Source: Dehalococcoidia bacterium
Lineage (GTDB): Bacteria; Chloroflexota; Dehalococcoidia; Dehalococcoidales; Fen-1064
DNA: 64,000 bases
Assembly (NCBI GenBank): GCA_011171075.1
Contig: DUFD01000045.1
Span: forward strand, 4,835-68,834
Direction: 5' to 3'
In this document: positions 20,040 to 27,615 of the stretch, piece by piece
How positions within the stretch are numbered: position 1 is the first letter of the stretch
Layout of the letters: the number at the start of each line of letters is the position of its first letter
Position numbers and translations under genes: made by a program
Notes under the pieces: generated by a model
The model's input: the letters and a program-made list of their open reading frames with translations, nothing else
Told to the model about the DNA's origin: nothing
Database searches by the model: none

Positions 20040-21566
20040 TTATGTAAAGCTGGCTATTTGATGCCCTTTCTCTTGAAGTGCTCTGTCCGGGATTTCCAGC
20101 GCCAGTTTGTCCATCTCCAGCTGGACAGGCATCGGGTAGTCGCCGGTGAAACAGACCATACAGAATAGCTCCCTCGGCATAGCTACCGCCTTGAGCAATC
20201 CTTCAACACTCAGGTAGCCCAAGGAATCGGCACCGATAAAGTTGCGAATTTCCTCAACACTCTTACGGGCTGCGATGAGTTCCTGGCGGGTGGCCATATC
20301 TACACCCAGGAAGCACGGGTAACGTATTGGCGGAGCACAGATACGCATGTGGACTTCTTTGACCCCGGCTTTTCTCAGCAGGTCAACGACCTTCGGGGTA
20401 GTGGTACCCCGGACGATGCTGTCATCCACCACCACCAGTCGCTTGCCATCCAGCATTTGAGGTAGAGGGTTGAACTTCAGCCGGACACCGAGGTCCCTTA
20501 TCCGCTGGTCGGGCTGAATAAAGGTACGCCCTATATAGCGGTTTTTCATCAGCCCTTCACAGAATGGCATACCGGTAGCAAGCGAATAACCGATGCCAGC
20601 GGCTGTCGCCGAGTCCGGCACACCCATCACCATATCGGCCTCGACCGGATGCTCTTCGGCCAGACCGGCACCCATGGCCTGCCGTATGGGATAAAGCAGC
20701 TTGCCGTTGATAATACTGTCGGGTCGGGCAAAGTAGATATACTCGAAGATACACAGGGCCCTTCTCTCAACCTGCTCCTGATAGCTATCGAGGCCGTTCT
20801 CGCTGATACGAAGAATCTCCCCAGGCTCGATTTCACGTATGAACTGCGCTCCAATGTGGTCTAGCGCACAACTCTCTGAGGCAACTACCCAGCCGCCGTT
20901 TATCACCCCGAGACAGAGAGGGCGGACACCCCAGGGGTCACGCACAGCGTAGAGGCTATCCCTGGTTAGAAGACAGAGAGAATACGCTCCCTGGAGCCGG
21001 TGCATAGCATAGCGAATTCTGTCCACCCAGTCCTTTCCTGGTGACGAGATAATGAGGCTGGCGATGACTTCGGTATCTGTGGAGGTGCGGAAGGTATAGC
21101 CGTGCTGGACAAGTTCCTCGTGGAGAAGTTCGGCATTAATGATATTACCGTTGTGGGCGATGCCAATGGTATGATTGCCTTTTCCGACGAGGAAGGGTTG
21201 CACATTGGATACCCGACTCGAACCGCGGGTTGAGTAACGGTTATGGCCAATGGCAATGTGCCCGATGAGGCCACTCAGGGTCTCTTCATCAAAGACGCGG
21301 GAGACAAGCCCCATATCACCGGCAACCTGCATCCGCTTGCCGTCGGCAATGGCGATACCGGCGCTTTCCTGACCGCGGTGCTGTAAAGCAAAAAGAGCGA
21401 AGTATGTGAGTCGGGCTACGTCCTCACCGGGACTATAGACTCCAAAAACTCCGCAACTCTCGTGCAAGGTTGCCCCTCTTCGCTCAGCTTGTCCACCTTC
21501 ATTATATAACAGGGGGCGAGGAGGGTCAATCATTCCCCTAACCTGAGCGTTCAGACTTACCGGCAC
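20040..21566 (-). CDS. purF: amidophosphoribosyltransferase
   Basis: 508 aa. 'SCGVFGV' nucleophile after a leader peptide, PRPP loop 'LVVVDDSIVRGTT', and C-terminal 'CMVCFTGDYP' Fe-S ligands. Confidence 0.92.
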   Translation of the reverse strand: MPVSLNAQVRGMIDPPRPLLYNEGGQAERRGATLHESCGVFGVYSPGEDVARLTYFALFALQHRGQESAGIAIADGKRMQVAGDMGLVSRVFDEETLSGLIGHIAIGHNRYSTRGSSRVSNVQPFLVGKGNHTIGIAHNGNIINAELLHEELVQHGYTFRTSTDTEVIASLIISSPGKDWVDRIRYAMHRLQGAYSLCLLTRDSLYAVRDPWGVRPLCLGVINGGWVVASESCALDHIGAQFIREIEPGEILRISENGLDSYQEQVERRALCIFEYIYFARPDSIINGKLLYPIRQAMGAGLAEEHPVEADMVMGVPDSATAAGIGYSLATGMPFCEGLMKNRYIGRTFIQPDQRIRDLGVRLKFNPLPQMLDGKRLVVVDDSIVRGTTTPKVVDLLRKAGVKEVHMRICAPPIRYPCFLGVDMATRQELIAARKSVEEIRNFIGADSLGYLSVEGLLKAVAMPRELFCMVCFTGDYPMPVQLEMDKLALEIPDRALQEKGHQIASFT

Positions 21567-21673
21567 GGTCGACCAAGACTATCTGCAACGGGGCATATAG
21601 TCCGATAGTGCTATTGAAATATATCGGGCGGAGTGTTAGACTGCCAGCACAGGATTAACAGAGGTAACAGCTA

Positions 21674-21835
21674 TTGAGTCGTTTCCTGCTGGTCATATCC
21701 GCCTATATAATAGCCGAGGCAATTGTCGTAGCCCTGGCGGTTATCTTTATCGATATCATCTGGATACGGGCTGTCCTGATGGCAATCATCCCCATCATCT
21801 TCATCATTGCCGCGATACGCAGCGATAATGATTAA
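21674..21835 (+). CDS. possible small hydrophobic (two-helix) membrane protein, below the ORF-track cutoff
   Basis: TTG start 8 nt after GAGGT. 53 codons: MSRFLLVISAYIIAEAIVVALAVIFIDIIWIRAVLMAIIPIIFIIAAIRSDND. Sits just upstream of the methyltransferase gene. Confidence 0.3.
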   Translation: MSRFLLVISAYIIAEAIVVALAVIFIDIIWIRAVLMAIIPIIFIIAAIRSDND

Positions 21836-21868
21836 GCACCAGGGCAACACTGAAAAGAGCTACTAACT

Positions 21869-22522
21869 GTGAAGGCAACCGGTTGGGAGAGGATATACCG
21901 AGAGCAGGGCGACCTCCAGTATGACGTTTTGCCCAAGATAGAGAAAGCGTCCAGACTTTTCAAGAAGAAGGGCTACAGGAATGTCCTCGACCTCGGATGT
22001 GGCACCGGCAAGCACAGCGTCTTCCTGGCACAGGAAGGATTCGAGGTATACGCCACCGACATGTCCCGGACCGGCATTGAAATAGCCAGAGAAAAAGCCG
22101 AATCTTTAGGACTGTATGACATCCATTTCAAGCAGCATGACATGGTAAGGATCCCCTTTACAGATTGTTTCTTCGATGCTGTCATCTGTATATGGACGAT
22201 ATATCACGGGACACTGGACAGGATTCAGGAGACCATCAACGAGATATACAGGGTTCTGAATCCGGGCGGGATGGTGCTTACTGACTTTCTGACGGTCAAC
22301 GATGATACATACGGGACTGGCAAGGAGATTGAGAAAAACACCTTTCTCGGTGAAAAGAAGACGGAAGAGGACGTGCCACACCACTATACCACCAGAGAAG
22401 AGCTTGTCCATCTGTTCTCACGCTTCGGGCAACTCCAGATTAAGGCGTCCTCTAACTCTTACACAGACGAGACCGGCAAGCATTATACCAGACGCTACTA
22501 CGATGTTGATGCCGTTAGGTAG
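21869..22522 (+). CDS. class I SAM-dependent methyltransferase
   Basis: 217 aa. Motif I 'VLDLGCGTGKH' and motif post-I 'EVYATDMS'. Confidence 0.8.
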   Translation: MKATGWERIYREQGDLQYDVLPKIEKASRLFKKKGYRNVLDLGCGTGKHSVFLAQEGFEVYATDMSRTGIEIAREKAESLGLYDIHFKQHDMVRIPFTDCFFDAVICIWTIYHGTLDRIQETINEIYRVLNPGGMVLTDFLTVNDDTYGTGKEIEKNTFLGEKKTEEDVPHHYTTREELVHLFSRFGQLQIKASSNSYTDETGKHYTRRYYDVDAVR

Positions 22523-22557
22523 ATGACTGCTTTCCCATCCCTGCATGAGTACTGTTA

Positions 22558-23022
22558 TCACGCCGACGGCAGTTCAGAAGTGCAGTTCGGGCACCTTGTC
22601 GCCTTAATTGAGATATTTGTGTAGCAATACGGGCATTCTTTAGTGGTCGGTTCCGCCGCCACCTCTGCTGCTTTCTGGCGTGCCTGCATTTTGGCTATTG
22701 GCCGCACTATAAAGAAAAAGATAGCAGCCGCCAGGATTAGAAAGCTGACTATGGCATTGATAAAAATACCGTAATTTATGGTAACGGCTCCGGCTTCCTG
22801 GGCGGCAGCAAGGGAGGCATAGGGGCCAGCCACGGTACCCTCTTTCAGGACGACAAACAGGTTGGCAAAATCCACGTCCCCAAGTGCCAGTCCAATTGGT
22901 GGCATAATAACATCTTTCACAAATGAATTGACAATGGCAGCAAAGGCTACACCGATTACTATACCGACAGCCAGGTCAACCACATTCCCGCGGGTTATGA
23001 ATGCCCTAAAATCCTTTAACAT
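22558..23022 (-). CDS. mscL: large-conductance mechanosensitive channel with C-terminal zinc ribbon
   Basis: 'MLKDFRAFITRGNVVDLAVGIVIG' is the canonical MscL N-terminus, so I trimmed the start to the internal Met at 23022. C-terminal 'CPYC...RCPNC'. Confidence 0.9.
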   Translation of the reverse strand: MLKDFRAFITRGNVVDLAVGIVIGVAFAAIVNSFVKDVIMPPIGLALGDVDFANLFVVLKEGTVAGPYASLAAAQEAGAVTINYGIFINAIVSFLILAAAIFFFIVRPIAKMQARQKAAEVAAEPTTKECPYCYTNISIKATRCPNCTSELPSA

Positions 23023-23114
23023 CAGTACCCCTCCACATTTAATGTACGGAATAATCACATAAATGATTCAGTTTGTCAATAGGGATTCTTCTGTCAATAA
23101 ACTTTTCTCCAAAC

Positions 23115-23146
23115 AAAAAAGGGGAGCATCTCTGCTCCCCTTTTTC
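23115..23146. terminator. bidirectional rho-independent terminator
   Basis: 'AAAAAAGGGGAGCA-TCTC-TGCTCCCCTTTTT': an 8-bp GC-rich stem flanked by an A-run and a T-run, downstream of the minus-strand gene ending at 23175. Confidence 0.75.
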
Positions 23147-23174
23147 TTCATACTGGCTGGACCATAACTACATA

Positions 23175-23846
23175 TTAGTCAAAGAAGCTCTTGTCCAGGT
23201 CACCGCTGTTGGAATAGCCCCGGCTCTCCCAGAAGCCCCGGTAGTTTACGTCATCAGACAGCTCTATTTTCGTTATCCACTTTATCCACTTGTAGCCCCA
23301 CTTGCTCTCGGCCACCAGCTGAAAGGGGAAACCCCTCTCCGGGGGCAGTGGAACATCATTCATCTTGTAGGCCATGATGATGTCGTTGTTCGCTACGTAC
23401 TCAATCGGGAAAGAGGTGGTGTAGCCGTCATAGGCGTGAAATATAACTGTCCTGGCATCATCCGTAGGCTTGACTTCGGCGAGCAGGTCTCTGACCAGAA
23501 AGCCTTCCCACAAAATGGTGGCATCCCACCCCTCGACGCAGTTCAGCGTGACAACCTTTTTATAGCTCTGGTGGTCTCTTATAACCTCGTCATAGGTGTA
23601 AGATTGAGGGCACTCGACCAGCCCTGTGATTTCAAGTCCGTAATCCTCAATATCAACGTACTGCGGCCCCCTGATAGAATTCTCTCTGAAATCGTTCACC
23701 GAGGAAAGGTCTTCACCCTGATATTCCCTGATTTCCTGAGATTCAAGCACCTCTACTACGTTCGTCGTACAGCTATTGATAGCCAGCAGCACGACTGATA
23801 AAGCAGCAAAAAATGCAATCGCCGCAACTATGACTTTCTTCCTCAT
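23175..23846 (-). CDS. exported molybdopterin-binding oxidoreductase (sulfite-oxidase/MsrP-like fold)
   Basis: 'GFPFQLVAESKWGYKWIKWITKIEL' and 'LNCVEGW' resemble the Mo-co binding domain. I placed the start at 'MRKKVIVAAIAFFAAL...', a signal/lipobox-like 'INSC' region, preceded by GGAGG. Confidence 0.7.
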   Translation of the reverse strand: MRKKVIVAAIAFFAALSVVLLAINSCTTNVVEVLESQEIREYQGEDLSSVNDFRENSIRGPQYVDIEDYGLEITGLVECPQSYTYDEVIRDHQSYKKVVTLNCVEGWDATILWEGFLVRDLLAEVKPTDDARTVIFHAYDGYTTSFPIEYVANNDIIMAYKMNDVPLPPERGFPFQLVAESKWGYKWIKWITKIELSDDVNYRGFWESRGYSNSGDLDKSFFD

Positions 23847-24069
23847 ACCTCTACCTCCAGCCCCCACACGTGCAATCTGAATCCAGAACATGATATAGGT
23901 GACCTGCACCGATTCATACACGTACATTGTGAACGATAACAGGTGTTTTAAATATGACTTTTATCTCACTCGTAAAAAAGTGGGTATCATCCAAACGGAT
24001 AAAAAGCCATATATAGGAAAGGCTAGACTGAAGGGTATGCATACTTGGCGGCACGATGTTCAGATGGCG

Positions 24070-26436
24070 CTATGAGCTTGAGCGTATGACGTAGTGCGTG
24101 GTGCCCCCGGTCACGGTCTCACTGCGAAGTGACAGGATGATATATACCAGGTTCCACGAGTCGACACCGGTGGGCAGTTCAAGCTGTGCGGAGGTATCGC
24201 CGGGCTCAAGCAAACCATCCGACCACTTGATTTCGAAGGTGTCAATGTCCACGCCGTCTTCACTCATCCCGTACGAACGGGAGTTCCAGACATTGTTCCA
24301 TGGATTCTGCCCGTTGGAAAGGGGTACCCCGTTGAAGTACAGGGAGTCACCCCACCAGACGTAGTCGCCCTCACCCACGAAGATGGTCATCTTGGCGGCA
24401 TTACCGTCCACTTCCTCACCCCCGATAGGCTCCGGCACTATGAAACCGGTGATATTGCCCCCTGCCTCGCCATCACCATCGAAGTCGATGTTGGAGGCAT
24501 TATGAGCATAGATAAAGTCGTCGTAGAGATAGAGCTGGTGCCCTTCGGTCTCAACACTGCTGTAAACTATAAGGAGAGACCAGCCGGCATATGACCAATC
24601 GTTGCCGGTATCGCCGTCAACGCCACCCACGGTGTAGCTCCCGTTACCGGGGTAATTGGTAGCCGGGTCAGGGGCTTTGGCACTGAATGTTCGAACCAGG
24701 GCGGTTACATCTCTAAAGCAGGCATAAGAGAAACCGTTCGGGTCACCATCGGAATCGAAGTTTGGCAGGACCTGGCTGCCACCGGCTATCAGCGCCTGAG
24801 TACCCTGCGCAGGTTGACCATCGCCATCGAAGTACACCCGGTTACCGTCTATTTCAAAGACAATACTGGTGTCGGGGGCATATTCGGCAAAGGTAATCGA
24901 GAAATTATCGATATAGCAGTATTCATCACCACCACCAAAACCCTGCAGGTAGAACCGCATCTTGAAACTATCAGTTAAGAAATCGTTAGGGATGATATAG
25001 CTAAAGACCTGCGGTGAGCTGCCAATATTACCCGCGAAGGCTGTATTCATACTCCCCCAGGTCACGCCGCCATCCCCCGAGAACTGGAACAGGAGGGCAT
25101 CGAAGTCTTCCAGGTCTCCCCACTCGTACTGCTGCCACTGGATACGCACCATTCCCTCTTCATATGAGGACAGGTCGTCAACGACACCGTCTTTCAGGGC
25201 CAGATACCTGTGCCAGTCGGGGGCTTCGCTGATATGATGCCCGACAAAGCTCTTCCCGCCACCTCCCCAGTTCCTAATACCCCAATCATTAGCCGGGTTA
25301 TCCCAGTCGCCGAAATTAGAGCAGCTATTCTGATATATCACGCCCACATCGCAATCTAGCCAGCCCGACCAGTAAAGGTAAGCGGCCACCACATCAGCAT
25401 CGTCAGGGATATCGGTAACCGCCGTGGTGCTGTCTGCAAGAAGCAGGTCACGGATGCCATTCGAGTCACCATTGATATCTATCATCAGTGAATTGCCGAT
25501 GGCACGATAGTCGCCCTCTAAAGCTGAACCGAGCTTACGAAGCCCGTATTTGACAAAGTAGACTTCTATCTCGGTTCCCCCGGCGACAGAGACGACACGG
25601 AATACCTTGGTCTCAGCATCCCACGAAAGGGGAACATCACTGACTCCACTGGTGGTTGTCCATGACACAGCTGAAGGACTGGTATTTTCTTCAGCCGCCG
25701 TGTATTCGAGAGTAATTTCTGTAATCTTGGGTGAGCCTACTGAGCCGGCACCTGGAAAAGACGTGAACGGCACAGACATGAAGTTCCAGATAATTGCCTG
25801 TCCGCCACAGTGGGATTCAACCTCCGGTACAGAGTAGTAATCTGCAAAGGCGTCATCCTCCAGGCTGCTGGAACCGGGCACATAGGTAAAACCGAGCGGG
25901 AGCCATATCCCGATAGTCTCTATCCTTAAATCATCCTCTTCTCCCGCTTCCGGATAGAACGTTATCTGAATCTGATAAGTAGAGACTTCAGGAGAGTTGC
26001 CAGTCACCACCAGTTTGCCCGAATCGATGATGGTCTCTCCCTCCTCCTTGGTTAGGGCGGGAACATCCTTGGGAATCCAGATATTTTCGATGCTGACAGT
26101 GGTGTCCTTCTTGTTAATCTGCTCACTGAGACCGTAGCTCCAGGTCGTATCGAAATCATAAGGGCTGTAAGCAGGTTCGGTCAGCAGAGACTCAAGACTG
26201 TCGTTGTTTATCCACCACAGGACGTCTTCAATACCAGAGTCAGCCGCATAAAGCTCGTCTGTCTTCTTCTCGTATAGGCGTCCAGACTTTAGTGAAGTCT
26301 GCATATATGACAGGAGAGGAGGGAGGCTGAGACTTCCCAAAAGGAGCAAGATAAGGACCGGAATCAGTGCCTGGCCCTTCTGTTCAGGCAGGACTCTTCT
26401 AAGTTTACTTCGTATCTTTCTAATCATAACAGACAC
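24070..26436 (-). CDS. large secreted protein with a PilX-like pilin-type N-terminal anchor
   Basis: 788 aa. 'KGQALIPVLILLLLGSLSL' hydrophobic anchor followed by 'LYAADSGIEDVLWWI' (PilX-N-like). The rest is Gly/Asp/Trp-rich beta-type sequence. Third gene of the pilin-like operon. Confidence 0.55.
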   Translation of the reverse strand: MSVMIRKIRSKLRRVLPEQKGQALIPVLILLLLGSLSLPPLLSYMQTSLKSGRLYEKKTDELYAADSGIEDVLWWINNDSLESLLTEPAYSPYDFDTTWSYGLSEQINKKDTTVSIENIWIPKDVPALTKEEGETIIDSGKLVVTGNSPEVSTYQIQITFYPEAGEEDDLRIETIGIWLPLGFTYVPGSSSLEDDAFADYYSVPEVESHCGGQAIIWNFMSVPFTSFPGAGSVGSPKITEITLEYTAAEENTSPSAVSWTTTSGVSDVPLSWDAETKVFRVVSVAGGTEIEVYFVKYGLRKLGSALEGDYRAIGNSLMIDINGDSNGIRDLLLADSTTAVTDIPDDADVVAAYLYWSGWLDCDVGVIYQNSCSNFGDWDNPANDWGIRNWGGGGKSFVGHHISEAPDWHRYLALKDGVVDDLSSYEEGMVRIQWQQYEWGDLEDFDALLFQFSGDGGVTWGSMNTAFAGNIGSSPQVFSYIIPNDFLTDSFKMRFYLQGFGGGDEYCYIDNFSITFAEYAPDTSIVFEIDGNRVYFDGDGQPAQGTQALIAGGSQVLPNFDSDGDPNGFSYACFRDVTALVRTFSAKAPDPATNYPGNGSYTVGGVDGDTGNDWSYAGWSLLIVYSSVETEGHQLYLYDDFIYAHNASNIDFDGDGEAGGNITGFIVPEPIGGEEVDGNAAKMTIFVGEGDYVWWGDSLYFNGVPLSNGQNPWNNVWNSRSYGMSEDGVDIDTFEIKWSDGLLEPGDTSAQLELPTGVDSWNLVYIILSLRSETVTGGTTHYVIRSSS

Positions 26437-26442
26437 ACCCGG

Positions 26443-26958
26443 TTACAGTCCGGGTCTTGGTGCTACCTCGCGCACCTTACCCACGCTAACTGCATGCAAT
26501 CCCTCACCAATAGTGGCGGTTATCTTCAATGTAAGTACCTCGCCTGAGAACGTGCAGTTGGTCATTTCAGCATCCGGGTTGATATATTGAGCCACCACGG
26601 CTTCAGTCTCCTCACCACTATCGTTCGAATACGACCGTGTAAGGTTACCATCTACAATTGAATAGACCACCTCGTGCCCGACATTATCCCAGGCAACCCA
26701 CCTCAATGTGAGAGGGAATCCAGAAGCCCCTTCCGGAGACACGGTCTGCGCCATCTGAACATCACGGCTCATCCAGTGAATGGCATTTAATGCTTGATGC
26801 CTCGCCGAGGTTGCAGCCGTATTCTGGTCGCTCTGAGTCATAACATGGTAGGTAGCTGCGCCGGCGCCCAGGCCGATTATGCCAGTTATAGCGAGGGCCA
26901 CCACCAGCTCGATTAAGGTAAAACCTTTCTCTTTCTTTATCAATCGCCTGAACTTCAT
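26443..26958 (-). CDS. type IV pilin-like protein (prepilin-type N-terminal cleavage/methylation motif)
   Basis: 171 aa. 'KGFTLIELVVALAITGIIG', the classic G/FTLIE class III signal with Glu+5. Confidence 0.8.
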   Translation of the reverse strand: MKFRRLIKKEKGFTLIELVVALAITGIIGLGAGAATYHVMTQSDQNTAATSARHQALNAIHWMSRDVQMAQTVSPEGASGFPLTLRWVAWDNVGHEVVYSIVDGNLTRSYSNDSGEETEAVVAQYINPDAEMTNCTFSGEVLTLKITATIGEGLHAVSVGKVREVAPRPGL

Positions 26959-27305
26959 CGGTTTACCTTGTAGCTTTCCAGAGTAGCCACTTCCTTGTTA
27001 CGATGGGTGATTGTTACCGTAATCTTCTGAATGCTGCCGTTCCGAAAAGGGTCGATATCTACTACGGCGGAGTAGCTGGCATACTCGTCTGAGATAGGGA
27101 TAGGATCATACGTAAGGGCATAACTCATCTTCCGCAGCTCCTCCATCTGGCTTTCCGCCAGGATTCTACCGGAGGTCTGCTCATCGGCAATCATACGGGA
27201 ACTAGATGAAGTGGCGACTGCACTGAGAAAGCAGACCCCGATGATGCCAATTAGAGCCAGGGCTACCGCCGCTTCAACCAGTGTATTTCCCCTCTCACCA
27301 CTCAT
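26955..27305 (-). CDS. pseudopilin-like protein
   Basis: 116 aa. 'RGNTLVEAAVALALIGIIG', a pilin-like signal with Glu+5. Its stop overlaps the next gene's start (ATGA). Confidence 0.6.
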   Translation of the reverse strand: MSGERGNTLVEAAVALALIGIIGVCFLSAVATSSSSRMIADEQTSGRILAESQMEELRKMSYALTYDPIPISDEYASYSAVVDIDPFRNGSIQKITVTITHRNKEVATLESYKVNR

Positions 27306-27615
27306 CTGCCCGAACTCCCCCGACCAGATTCACATGCCCTGAAGATATCTCCATACTTAGGTATTGATACATATTCTTCAATAAGGAAATACACGTATGA
27401 ATTCTACGTATATCCCCAAGTGCTTACTAGATACCCATCTGTACCTACAATTATCAACGGTGAAGGTGAAGGTATCAATTGCTCGTTAGTCATGTTAGAC
27501 ATGGTATTTTCGTACCACACGGTTGAAGTCGCCCTTCAGACAAAGGTTAAACTTGTCCCTCATTTGCGCTCGCTGACTCAAGCGGGATATAATCGGCAAG
27601 GCAAGGAGAGATTCT

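Noticed and set aside
20040-21566. Mis-called start of purF because of the ~37-aa extension before the catalytic Cys
   Set aside because: No in-frame Met lies immediately before the Cys. Propeptide-bearing PurF enzymes are known (e.g. Bacillus), so the extension is plausible. The exact start remains uncertain.
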